A DNA stretch of 64,000 bases, from contig CAUYUJ010000336.1 of assembly GCA_963575745.1 (NCBI GenBank), positions 1 to 64,000 on the forward strand. Reading direction: 5' to 3'. The stretch comes from Prorocentrum cordatum (Eukaryota). The notes beneath the pieces are model-generated. The model was not told where the DNA came from. It saw only the letters and a program-made list of their open reading frames with translations, and did no database searches. A program made the position numbers and the translations under genes. This document shows, in pieces, positions 42,045 to 55,129 of this stretch (within the stretch, counting starts at the first letter, position 1; every line of letters begins with the position of its first letter).

Positions 42045-43995
42045 GCGCGCCGAAAACGCGTTTTCTCGGGGCGCGTCGCGCTTGCAGGTCTATTCCTTTT
42101 CACTTTCTCTCTCGCTCGCCCTATCTCACCATCTCACCCTACATATCTTTCTCTCTTGCTCAGCTCGTTCGTGCAGGCCCGTGCTTGGCAGTGTAGGTTG
42201 CCCAAGGCTTTTCAGCTGTGGTCAGACGTTGGTAAGCAGCGGTATGCCGCGTCGCTGGGATGTTGGGAAACAAAGCAAAGGGAGCGATTGCACGTTGGAC
42301 CGTGCAGTTTGGCCTTGGCCGCCGAACGCGGGCCTGGCACTGCCATCGGTTCATCGTTGCGTCACCGACATCGAACTGAGGAAGGGGGGAAGGGGGGATA
42401 GGAGAGGTGCGCGGGGAGGGCGAGGACGGACGGACATCTGAGCGAGAAGGAGGGTAGGGGGTAGGGGATCGGGGGACAAGGGGATAGGGGGGCAGGGGGA
42501 TCCGCGCGGCAATGAATGCAATACTCGTCAATTGAGCAGCCTGAGGACTTGATGCCCTGGGCCCTGGGGCCCTTGACCTTTGAGGCTTTGAGGGGTCTGA
42601 AGGTTTAGCGGTCTCCAAGTCTACAAAGTTCAAGGCCTTTTGGATCTTAGCATGAGCGCCCCCAGTTCCCAAGGTCCCAAGGCAAATAAGTAAAGGTCAC
42701 TAACTTGCTTGGTTGGTCCGTCTCCTCCTCCTCCTCCTCTTCCTCCCCTCCCCTCCTCCTCCTCCTCCTCTTCCTCCTCCTCCTCCTCCTCTCCCTCCTC
42801 CTCCTCCTCCTCCTCCTCCTCCTCGCCTCCTCCTGAGTCCTCGGGGGCTCGGGGGCATGCGCCGGCGAACCAACGACTTCGACGCGGCCATGGGCCAAAG
42901 CCTTCGGGCCCAAACCTCTCCCGGGGCCACGCGCGCCAGAGTTGCGGCGTTGAGAGCCGCGTCCAGCCGCGGCGGCGAGGATTGACCCCGACGGCCGAAA
43001 TCGCCGAAATCATGCCTCGAGAGCTCGAGAGATCGAGAGTAGCTGTTCGCTGGCGCGCCTTCTCCCCTTCTCCCCCCTCCACCATCCACCCTTGGTGTCT
43101 CGGCCTTCGCGCTTGCTGTCCCCCTTATTATTTCTCTCACCCTCCCCTGGGCGCTCGGCCCCTGCCTGTTGGATGGTGGCCGCGCAGTGTCGCGAACCGT
43201 CGTTTAATGTTTGTATGCGCGTCCTGGTACATCGAGCGTCAGAGTGTCAGGATCGGGTTCGGGTCCTCGGAGGTTCGAAGGCGGCCATTTACCCATCCAT
43301 GTTCTACCACTACCAGGGGGCTGAACCACCGTGCTGGCGTTGTGGTGTCAAGCTGTCAAGCTTATCGTGCCTGCTTGCTGCCGCGATCGTTGCCGCCAGC
43401 CAGCGATCCGTTTCAACCAGAAGAACCCGAAACATGCGAGCACATCTGGGCATTCGAAAGCATCGGCGATCGCAGAATCTTTGACTCTCGACAAGGAGAG
43501 TGAGAGCGATGATCGTCGTCTGTGTTGCTGAGCTTGAGAATCATGTGTTGAACACGGCCAACAACAAACATGCCCTCTTGATCCGCGTAAGCGTAAGAAT
43601 GTGCGCAGCGCCGAGGCGAGAGAGGCGAGAACCGTGTCAGATTTTGCTTCCATAGCCGCCCCTCCTGTCTTTTTTTGCCATCCCTAGCACCCTAGCAGCC
43701 CCTCCTCTCACTTCCTCTCCACCCTTCCTCCCTCTCCTCCTCGCTCCTCTTTCGGCTCTTTCTGTCGTCTTGGGATTCCTTCTTCTGATCCCTTCCCTTG
43801 CGTGCCTCCTCCACTCCTCTACTCCTCCACTCCTCCACCGTCCTGGCCCCCCTCCCCTTCTATTTCTCCTCTTCCCTATGACCCTACATCCTCTTCCCGA
43901 TATCCTCCTCCTCCTCCTCCGTCCATCCTTCTCTGCTTTTCTGCCCCCCTGTCGCGCGGCCTCGCGCAGCCTGTCCTCGCCCCGCCCCGGAGGCG

Positions 43996-46900
43996 ATGGC
44001 AGCCGCCGCCGCGGCGGGCCACTCGGCCCACTCGGCGGCCTCGGAGGGCGCGGCGAGCGCGGCGGTCACAGCCGCGCTCATCGAGAAATACGGGGAGGAG
44101 GAGTACAACAAGTTCTTCAGGCCCCTGCAGGATAACATGACGATTGAGGACGCGCGCGGCAGGGGGAGGGGGAGGGAGGAAGGGAGGGCAGGGGGGAGGT
44201 CTGAGAAGGGAGGATCGAGCATAGGGACGATCATGGAGGCTCCCAAGGAGCTCCAAGAGGGCGCAGGAGGGCCCTCAGGGCCTTCGGGCCCTCTCGAGGT
44301 CTTATTGGGCCCCCCAAGGGGGTATATAACAAAGGGGGTGCGTTACATATGCACCCGCGGCCATCTTGGGGCCGTCTTGTGGTCTTGGGGCCCGCTCGGG
44401 GCCCTCTTGGGGGCGGCCCCAAGGGGCCATCTTGGGGATCCTTGGGGGCCCAAGACAGGTACATAACGAAGGGAGTGTGTTATATACTCAGCCGTTGCCC
44501 TCTTGGAACCGTCTTGAAGGCCGTCTTGGGGCTCGCTCGGGGCCCTCTTGGATTCTTGGGGGCCCCCATGGAGCTCCAAGAGCTCCAAGGGAGAGGGCCC
44601 CTCAGGCCCTCTTGGGGCCCATTTGGGCCCCGAAGAGGGGTATATGACGAAGGGGGCGTGCTATGCACCTCCAGCGGCCCTCTTGGCGCCGCCTTGGGGT
44701 CCTCTGAGGAGGCGAGAGCGGGGGGGGGGGGGGGCAGGAAGAGCAGGAGGAAGAAGTGAAGCAGGAAGAGTAGCAGGAAGAGTAGGAGCAATAACAGAGA
44801 GAAGAGAGAAGAGAGGGAGAGAGGAAGAGGAGAATGAAGATGATGGGAGGTAGGAGCTGCTCGCGCCCGCCCTCTGCCGCAGGATCGCATGCCCGACCAC
44901 CAGGGGTCGCGGAGGCGGTCGCTGCGCCTGGAGAAGTATGCGAAGCCCGAGAGAGCCACGCTGCAGTACTACAAGAAGGCTGCTTGCAAACGAATCGCCC
45001 ATCCTCCTCCTCCTCCTCCTCCTCCCCCTCCTCCTCTGTCTCCGCTGTTGCCCTCTCCGCCTTCTCCATTCTCTCCTCCGCCTCCTCCGCGTCCTCCCTC
45101 TTTCCTCTTTACCCCTCCCCGCCGCCTCCCCTCCGCCCCTCCAGTCCTCCTCTCATCCTCTCTCCTCCTCCTCGTCATCCTCCTCTTCCTCCTCCTCCTC
45201 GACCTCCTACTCATTCTACTCCTCCTCTTCCCCTCCCTTCCTCTTCTCCTCTTCTGATCTCTCCTCCTTCTTCCCTCTTCCTCTTCCTCTCTTCGCCCTC
45301 TTCCCGTCCTTGCCGCCGCCCCCCCTTCTCCGCGGGCCCTGTGACTGTGACCTCGTGCCCCCCTGAGGCCCTGAGGCCAATTGGTCGGATCCTTGGAGAC
45401 CGCTGTCGAAACTTCCTTTTCTCCCCAGACCCCCAGACCAGACCCCGTGGGCCGCGCGACAGCGACGCCAACGATGTCAACGATGCAGACTATCAGTGGC
45501 GTTCGGGCTTTCGGCGCGGCCGTTCTTTTCTGACCTGTCTAGGCCATTGGCCGTCGCCGCGGCCGGGCGCAGCTCGGGAAGCTCTCCCCGGGCGGGGGCC
45601 CCAGGACCCCAGGGCCCTAAGCCTGGGGGGCTAGGAGGAAGCCATATGGCCCGCGTTTCGGTTCGTTGCGCGCGATCCGAATAGGACGGCATCAAGAGCG
45701 TGGTGCGTTCGAAGTTCAACGACCGTCGGGAGGCCCAGACGGTTCGCTCGTACGCGAAGGGGGTGCTGGAGTTCGGGGCGAACTGGATCGGACGTTCATG
45801 CGCGATGGCCGTCGAGGACATCTGGGCTGAACCTCGCTGCCGCCCCTTCGGCTCCATTGCTCTATCGCCCCATCTCGATGGCTGAGGCCTCGGCCTCGCG
45901 GCCAGCGCCGCCGACCCAGACGGCCGCAGCTCTCGAGGATGGCAGGATGGATGAGGATAGATTCGCGCTAGGAGGAGGAGGAGGAGGAGGAGGAGGAGGA
46001 GGAGGGAGAGGATGAGGATGAGGAGGAGGAGGAGGAGGAGGAGGAGGAGGAGGATGAGGAGGAGGAGGAGGAGGAGGAGGAGGAGGGGAAGGTAGCGATC
46101 GCCTTATCTCGATTCCCTGCCAGCCCCATGCACGGCGCTGCCTGGGCGCCGCCGGGTGCCTGGGCGTAGCCCCATGCATGGCGCTGCAGGCCGCCATGCC
46201 GCCATGGGCGGCGAGGCGTCGGCCTTGGGGGCTTGGGCGCGCGTCGAGGCGTCGAGCTCTCTCGCTTCTCAGTCTTTCACTGACACTACCCTCCTTCTTG
46301 GCCTCTTGGACTCTTGGACTACTCTTGGGCTCTGGGGCTCTTGAAACGTCACTTGCCGATCCGTCCGCCCGCTGCCTCCAACTACAATTTGCGCCGTCCC
46401 ACCGCCCAACCACCCCGCCACCCCGCCGCCGCCTCCTCGCCTCCTCCCCTCCTCCTTCCGCCCCTCCCGTCGGCTGCGAGCGACGTTGCGAGCCTGCCAG
46501 AGGACTCCAACGGCGTCTATCACATGATCGCAGGCGCGACGCTGGCCGAGGCAGTCTTCGTCGCGGAGGAGCTGGGCCCCAACAACGACTACGTGAAGGA
46601 AGCGATGCGGAATGGTATCCCAGGCGCCATCGTCATCAAGTGCGAGGCGCCAGACGACGCTGTGATCTGGCTCAGGCACAGCCACAACTTCTACAACACG
46701 CTGGGAGGTTCCTCGGCGTCATGGCTGGAAATCATGGAGAACTGCAGGAAGGTGGAGGAGTCGTGGCGCGAGGAGTGCCGCATCAAGGCCATCACTACAG
46801 AGAACTGCCCGAAGAGCGGTCCGTATCGGTACGAAAAGTTGCATGCGCAGCACGTGCAGAAGAAGTTCAAGGGATGGTTCTTAAACTGGGACCATTTTCA

Positions 46901-49900
46901 AGCATCGAAGGCCGCATTCGGCAAGGCAGGCAGTTTCGACGCGGATGCCTCTGTGTATGCTGAGTGGAAGGCTCGGGCAGAAAGTCACTGCAATTTCCTG
47001 GACTCAACGGTGAGGAACAGCACACTGGCCGACATCCACAACGCGGTGCTCGTGGCGGCCGAGTGGTTCAAAGACAACGGCGCAGGGCCAGCTTGGCTTC
47101 TCCGGGAGGCCGTCTTGATCATGCTGAAGTTCGCGACGCCCACCGTGGAAGTTGACGATGCGAAGAAGTTCTGCGGAGGTTTGAATATCCATCACGCCGT
47201 GAGGGCGAGGAGGCAGCTCTCAGCTCTGAAGTGCCCTATGGGCGGCAGCGTCACCTACAAGAGGACCAGCTCCAAGCGCAAGAAGGGCGGCGATGGCGAC
47301 AACGCAGATGATGAGGGAGAAGCAAAAGCACCTGCTGTGGCCGACGAGGCTGCAACCGCGCCTCAGGCAAAGGGGAAAGCCAGAGCTAAGGGCAAGGCGA
47401 AGGCAAACGCTGCGAAGTTCAAGATCGAGGAGAAGCTGGTGGACACGGTCACGACGGTCACCTCAGCAACGGGTTCGAGGGGCAAGCTCTGGCTCGACGA
47501 CCTCTTCGCCGCGGTGCTGGCGCCGTTGCAGTCGATTCACGAGCGCAACTACGATAAGAAGGCGATGTCTGACATCCTCTGTGACGGCTTGAAGTTCGCT
47601 ACCAACGGGGAAATCTCGTTGAACGGCAAGGCGTTGAAGTCTGCGGGGAGGGGGCTGCCCCCCCGCCATCTCCCACCGCCCGAACTTCAGTTACGTGGCC
47701 CAGGGGTGAAGGGGGTAAGGGGGAGGTGACGCGGTCACAATGGCCGACGGTCCCAGGTCCTACGGCCCTACGGCGGCCTCTAGGGGCCTTCGGGCGGCCC
47801 CAGGGCATGGCGGCCCCCAGAGGGCCCGCGAGCCAGGGGGGAAGCACAGTTTCCAGGGCCTCATGGCCTCATGGGGCCCGCCCTCCTCGGAGCTTCAACG
47901 CCTCAGAGGTCGTGGAGCAAGGTTCGTAAAGTGCTGCAGGAGGATTGCGTGAAGGCCCACGTCGCCGCCCTGACGGCCGTGACTGAAGTGCAGGCGGCGA
48001 TTCAGCCGACAGCGGACGGCGCAGCCCCCAGCGCCGATGAGGTCGCGTCGAACGTGCTTGCCATCCTCGGATCTGGCGACTCACCCCTCATGGTGGACGA
48101 CTTTGAGGCACCGCAAGAGTTTCACGCGGAGCTGAAGGACTTCCTGGAGGATTCTTCGTTCGTCTTGCAGTTCATGGCCGTCCACGGGGGCAAGAAGATC
48201 GACGCTCCAGTCGCGTTGCAGCCAGCTGTGATCAACATGAGCGCTACCATCGGCACAGAACTACCATGTCTCCAAGATCGCTATGGGCAGGGCAGCAAGG
48301 GCCGCGTAGACTTGTTGTTGCTATTGCAGACCATTGGGCCCCACGTCGACAGCGTGTACAACGAGCGTTGGGCAGACTTCGGCAGCAAGCTCACCAATAT
48401 ATGCGCTGCTGAGACTGCGGGCTCGTCGAACAACGATGAAAATCGAAAGACCATCGATTTGATGTCGGCTGGCATCTTCTCAGAGTGGTCCGACATCGAC
48501 AAGGTTTTCAAGCGCCGCAGCGACGTCGTCATGGGCTTCATCCAGAAGCTGATGTGCGGCGACGACAGGATCACCAAGACCGGCTGCGCTCGCAGCTACC
48601 AGGCGTTGGTGGCCTCCTCGGACACGCTTGTGTCGTGCGAGCTAAAAGTGCCGCTGACTGCTTTCGCAAGGTTCTGGGAGGTCTTGTTGATGTCTGAGCC
48701 CTCTAGCATGAAGCAAGTTCTGATTCAAGCTGTGAATTCTGCAGCGTCGCCGATGAAGGGCGATGGCGTGGCCGCGAGCGCGCCCCCGGCAGCCGCTGCA
48801 GCCTCTGCACCGTCCCCCCCGCAGTTGGCGCTGACGGACAGCACGACTTCCCGAATGGTGGCGCCGATGTTGTTTTCAGCGAATTCGGCCGAGGAACTTG
48901 TTTGGCGGTTTCAATGGCCATGCAACCTTTGCGGCATTGAAGCTTCCACATTGGCCTGACTTCGCTGAAGCGGCATCCGCCTGCAATGGTAGTCGCGCTG
49001 TCCCAGGACGCCCCCCAACCCGAGAAGGAGAAGGAGGCGGACGCAGCAGCCGCTGCGGGCCAGGGGGCCGAGGCGGATGTTCCTCACCTTCCCACCCGCC
49101 TCGCTTCCCCTACTCGCCGACTCCCACTCGTCTCAACTCCTCGGCCTTTCTCCGCTCCCGAGGCTGAGAACGCTGACAACGCGAAGGGCAAGGGCGAGGG
49201 TAAGGGCAAGGTTGCGGACCAGGGCAAGCAGGAGAACAAGGGCAAGGCCAAGGAGGAGGGCAAGGGCAAGGAAGATAAGGGAGATAAGAAAGAGCCCAGG
49301 CTCGCGTTGGTCTCGGAGTTGCGTAATGAGTGGTCGACCTTGGTTGGCATCGCTGCGGGGGGGCCAGTCCTGGACATCTTCACGACGAGGCTCAAGGCAT
49401 TCGTGCTGGAGAATACATTGCAGGCGAATGGTAAGTCAGCCAGGCTGCCTGGGCCCGATCGCGGATTCGGCAAACTCAAGATCCAGGAGACCCCTGGCAA
49501 CAAGGATGGCGAGTTCACCTACTCTGTGTTCTACGATAAGGTCGACATGGAGCCCCCTGCCCCGATGAACGCAAACTTCTATGGTGAGATTACGACGCTC
49601 CCGAAAGTTGGCCACATCAAGGCATGCGATGCCTTCAACACTTCGTTCTACTTGTCCCCGCAGGGGTACGACGACCCGAAGAAGTCCGACGCGTTCTGCG
49701 TTGCCTGGCTCACTAAGGATACAAGTGCGTTGGGAACGGGAGTCATTGGAGTCATTGGAGCCCTTGGCGCATCATTTGTTTCAAAGGCCAGGGGCCCTAG
49801 GGGCCTCGGGGCCCCATGGCCCCAGGATGATCATCTTGCGTTGGCTACCGCAACATTTCAACATAACATCATCCTCCTTTATCCTTTCCTCCTTCCTGCC

Positions 49901-50889
49901 TCCTTCGCTCCTTCCTCCTTCGCTCGCGCCGTCTTCCCCTTCCCCCCTCCTCTCCCCCTTCTGCTCGCCTCCTCCCGTCCCCGCTACAATGCCGACGTGG
50001 TGTCGTGGAGGGCGAATGGCCAGAGCAACACGCTGCTCAATAAGGCCACGCTGAACTTCGAATTTACGCACCCTGGGGTCGATGGCGACGAGTGCACCAT
50101 CACCGTCCCGGTCGAGAGGGCGAACCCTCGCCAATTCACCTTCACCTCTCGCCCTCTGATCCGCCGCCCCCCCAAAGGCACCGCGGCCCCAAGGCCCCGA
50201 GGCCCCGGATGGGGCCAGAGGGGATGTGCGAGGGGGAAATGGGGAGCAGGAAGAAGAGGAGGAAGAGGAGGAGGAGGCCGAGGAGCCGAGGAACCGAGGA
50301 GGAGGAGATGGAGGAGGAGGCTGAGGCTGAGGCTGAGAGGCTGAGGAGGTGAAGAGGAGGAGAGGTGGAGATGAGGAGATGAGGAGGACGTGGAGAGGCT
50401 GATGATGAGGTGGAGTGGAGAGGCTGAGAGGAGGCTGAGGAGGTGGAAAGGACGAGAAGGAGGCTGCGGAGGTGGAGAGGATGATGCTGCTGATGATGAT
50501 GATGATGACGGTGATGAGGAGGGGGCTAAGAGGCTGAGAGGGCGAGGAGCTGAGGAGGCGATCGAGGAGAGGAGGAGGAGGAGGGATATGAGGAGGGGGG
50601 GGGAGGGAGGCGAGGAGGAGAGGGAGGGGAGAGGAGGAAAAAGGGGAGGGGGGAGGGAGGAGGGAAACGGGACGTAGTATAAACTTTGCCAGCCCAGGTG
50701 GCGTTCTACTCCCTGAGCCTGGACGCGGAGGCGGTGGCGGTGGATGTCCGGGGTTGCTTCGAGCTCCGCCGCCCCGTGGTCGAGGCGATGCTCGTGCAGG
50801 GTAGCATGCCGAGCGCGCCGAAGACCAGGGCGGCCAAGGAGAGCAACGTCCCTGCCGAGTGGGCGTTTGCGAAGCACCTGCTGAAGTAG
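43996..50889 (+). CDS. Large multi-exon gene with a ParB/Srx-like N-terminal region; function unknown, possible frameshifts near 48900-48990
   Basis: Inferred exons about 43996-44148, 44904-44978, 45685-45816, 46503-47640, 47907-48960, 48986-49720, 49985-50110 and 50698-50889, with AG|G acceptors and GA/GC/GT donors. The spliced text reads TVRSYAKGVLEFG..AMAVE|DSNGVYHMIAGATLAEA. Ends KHLLK*. Confidence 0.6.
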
Positions 50890-51836
50890 CCGTGGCAGTA
50901 GGCAAAGGAGGAGGAGGAGGAGGAGGAGGAGGAGGAGGAGGAACAGAAAGAGGAGGAGGAGGAGAGGGGGGGGATGAGGGGGGGGGGGATGAGATCGGAG
51001 GAGAGGGGGCGGAAGATGAGAGGGAGAGAGGAGGAGGGGCGGTTGGGGGGAGGAGGAAGAGGAGGAGAGGAGGACTAATATTCTTAGATGAGGTGATGGA
51101 AGGGCGAGGGCGAGGGATGGTCAGTGAGGACGCTGCGCTGGTCGGGGGGACAGGATCGAGAAGGAGGAGGGGGAGGGGGAGGGGGAGGAGAGGAGGAGGA
51201 GGAGGAGGAGGAGGAGGAGGAGGAGGAGGAGGAGGAGAGGAGGGATAGGAGGAAGATGATGAGAAGGGGAAGGAGAGGAGAAGGAGAGGAGGAGAAGGAC
51301 AAGGAGTGAGGAGGAGGACAAGGAGAGGAGGAGGAGGAGGAGGAGGAGGAGGAGGAGGAGGGAGGGAGGGAGGAGGAGGAGAAGGAGGAGGAGGAGGAAG
51401 CGTCTTCTTCGCATGCCATTGTCTTCGCCCGTTGCCCCCGCTCATCCTGCGTGCCTGCGTGGCCCTGCAGTGGCGGCACTGTGCGAACAGTGCGCAGCCT
51501 CGCAGTCAGGGGAAGGCATCTTGGGGCGACGCGACGGGCCAGCAATTCTTTTGGCCGCTCGAGGCCGCCGATCGCTTTGATTTGACGATGAGTTGTTTCA
51601 TTCCCCCAGGTGGCCTCAAGGGGCTCCAGGTTTCCAGAGTTCAACAGGGTTTCCAATGTTTCGGCGATGGTCGGCTCGGAGCGGATAGCATCCGCGGTGA
51701 CGCATTGGCGCGAGGGCGCCAGAGAGGCCATTGAACCTTAAAGGTCTGGATGGGGGAGCAGAGGAGTAGAGGAGCAGAGGAGGTGAGTGAGGGCGATGGG
51801 GGATGGGGGGGGGAGGTTGAGGGGTGGAGGAGGGGA

Positions 51837-51867
<31 letters not shown>

Positions 51868-54429
51868 GAGGAGGAGGAGGAGGAGGAGGAGGAGAGGGAA
51901 GATGGGGGAGGGGTAGAAGGGGGGGCAGTGGGAGGAGGGGGGAGAGGATCGGACGATAGGCCGATAAGCTAACAAACAGAATCAAAGGGATATGGCCTCT
52001 GCGTCGCCGCTCCGAGGTTTACTTTTCTTTCGTACGGCTACCTATGCCGCCACTCTCCTCTTCTCTGCTGCTCCGCGGCGCTCGCGCTCGCGGGGAGGGG
52101 CGGCCTCCTGCGCGCGCAGCCGCGCAGCCCGGGAGCCCAGGGAGGGCCAATTGCTCTGGGCCAGCAATACGAGCCCGACTGCTGCTGGCGTGCCGTGAGA
52201 AAACAGAGGGGACACATCAAACGGGGTTTGCCAATGCCAGGACTTCGTTTCGGTGCGAACCCAGCGGCGGCGACGTAGGCACTGTAGGCACCAAACCGAG
52301 GCCCAACGGGCCCATGGTGAAGGGGAAAACGAGGAGGCCAACAAACTAACAACGAAACAATCCCAGGGCGCCAGCCCAAGGTTCTTCCAAGTTCTGCAAA
52401 GGAAAACAAAATTCGAAAGCGTAGTCGACTTGTCCACCTCTGTTAGTCTCGTCATTCTCGTCTTCATTTCTCATGCCACCCCTCCTCCACTCCTCAACTT
52501 CTGCCACTCCTATCCTCCTATCCTCCACCTCTTCCTCCCTCCTCCCCTCTTCCTCCTCCTCCTTCTCCACCTTTCCTCCTCCTGCTCTGCTCTCCTTACC
52601 GTCGTCCTAGTCACCTAGTCACCTCCTCCACCCCCCTTCCCCTCCTCCCCTCCTCCCTCGTCCTCTCCTCCTCCTCGTCTCCTCGTCTTCCCCTCCTCCT
52701 CGTCCGCTTCATTCTCTCCCCCTCCTCCTCCTCCTCCTCCTCCTCCTCCTCCTCCTCCTCCTCCTCCTCCCCCTCTCCCCCCCCGTCCTCCTCCTCTTCC
52801 TCTCTGACTCCCCCCTCTCCCCCTCTCCTCCTCCCTTCCTCCCTCCACCCAGTCCCAGTCCCCTACGCCATCCTCTCATCCTCTTTACACCCGTCCTACT
52901 CCTCTCCTCCTCTCTCCCTCTTCCTCTCCTCCCTCCTCCCTTGCCCCTTACGTCAGCTCGGGCGCTCTCCGAATCTGGAGGCGTGGTCTTCAACCCTTTA
53001 GCCACGGCGCCGTTTGAAACACTGCTTTGCGTGAACAGGGGGTGATGGGGTCAAGGGTCAATGTAGGGGCCCAGTGTAGGGGAGAAGAGGTGGGCGGGAT
53101 GGGGCCTTGGGCCCCTCATTCGACCTTGGGATCTTAGGGTCTCGGTCTCAGGGTCCTGAGACCCCTGCGGGCCCCGCAGCGCGTCCTGTGGCCGCGGCAC
53201 ATCCGCGTGGCCAAGGATGTGCGTGACGCAGTGGTCGTTTACTGCATCCTCGCGCCCACTCGAACCGAAAATTGAAAGTTGGCCCACGCCCTCACGCGGC
53301 TCGTGCCCCTGCTGATGTCAGCGCGCATGCCAGTGAATTTGGTGTGTTGCGCGGTTTGCGCGAAATTGCGATATTATGTCGCGTCCACTCGTGTCTGAGA
53401 TATCCTTGCCTTCCAGAGCGCTGTCTGGGATACAAGTAATAAGGGTATCATCGGGCGCCCTTCAGATCTCTTCCGAGAGGGGAAAATAGAGAGGAACATG
53501 AGATCAGGAGAAGAGGGAGACACCAACAATTGCGTGAGACCCTCGCCCTGGACCCTTCCTGCCCTGAGGGAGAAACCAACAATTGCGTGGGACCCTGCCC
53601 TGGTTGAAGACCATTGCAAATTGCAAAAAACAGTTGCCACCGACTGGACGCTGCTCGAAAACTGCATCCTTGAGCCCTGCGCGCACAACGCCAACGTTAA
53701 TTCGGCAGCGGGATGGATGACGACGCTCGTCCACCCCGTCCTCACCGTCCTCCTCCTCGTCTCCTCCTCCTTCTCCTCCTACCTCTGCTCCTCCTTCTTC
53801 CTTTTCCCCCCTGTCCTCCTCTTCTTCGTCCTCCCCACCCTCCATAGTCTTACTCCTCCGTTTTCCTTGTCTGGGGCTGATTTCGCTGAGGCCTCAACCT
53901 GGCCTCCCGTGACCCCAGAACGGGTTGGGGAGGAACATCCCCACCCGAAGCCCCCGGGGGTCCCCCATGAAGCGGCCCAAGAGGCTTCCAAGATGTCCCT
54001 GGACGGCCTAAGAGTCCCTCACGAGGACCACAAGACGGCCCAATAGGGCCCCAAACTGGAAATTTTCTGGAGAGGCTGCAACTAGCTTCCTGGGCCCGCG
54101 GGCTCGCGAGGGCCAGGGCTGCGCCGCGTCCAGCGCGGCCGTCTGGATTTGGAGCGCTGATGTTGTTATATTGTAAAATATGCATATGTTGGTTAATGAG
54201 TAGGTATTCGTTGTATACATTCAGAATGCATGCCCAGAGGGTTCCGCAAGGGTCCCGCAGGAGAGTCCGATAACGAAATCCCCTGATGGTCCCTCATCAT
54301 ATATCTCAAGTAATTATTTGCAGTAAATGCAGCACAGGGTCCCGCAAGTGTCCCGCAGGAGGGTCAGATAATTCGATTCCCTGATACTCTTTGAGTTACA
54401 ATGAATAGGGAGGGTCCCGCAAGGGTCCC

Positions 54430-54720
54430 GCACACACACACACACAAACACAAACACAAAACACAAACACAAACACAAACACAAACACAAACACAAACAC
54501 AAACACAAAAACAAACACAACCACAAACACAAACACAAACACAAACACAAACACAAACACACACAACACAAACACAAACACAAACACACAACACAAACAC
54601 AAACACAAACACACAAACACAAACACAAACACAAACACAAACACAAACACAAACACAAACACAAACACAAACACAAACACAAACACAAACACAAACACAA
54701 ACACAAACACAACACAAACA

Positions 54721-54788
<68 letters not shown>

Positions 54789-55048
54789 CATTCACACACA
54801 CACATTCACACATTCACACACCCACACTCTCACACACACACACACCCACACCCACACCCACACGCACACGCACACGCACACGCACACCCACACGCACACG
54901 CACACGCACACGCACACGCACACGCACACGCACACAGACACGCACACGCACACGCACACGCACACGCACACGCACACGCACACGCACACGCACACACACA
55001 CACACCCACCTACACACACCCACACACACATATGTATGCAGATCTATT

Positions 55049-55092
<44 letters not shown>
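54430..55092. repeat. Compound microsatellite: (ACACAA)n, (GCAC)n, (ACACGC)n, (CA)n, (TA)n
   Basis: Direct reading. Confidence 0.97.
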
Positions 55093-55093
<1 letters not shown>

Positions 55094-55129
55094 CGATATT
55101 TACGATGATTTCGGGAAGACCCCCGCCCG

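Noticed and set aside
42160..43653. Minus-strand multi-exon gene starting MEAKSDTV
   Set aside because: Coding-looking patches exist, but I could not build a consistent spliced frame or assign a domain. The same applies to 34.0-36.9 kb and 51.4-53.7 kb.
52989..53010. piggyBac-like terminus TTCAACCCTTTAGCC
   Set aside because: The target is not TTAA and no matching inverted end was found in the window.
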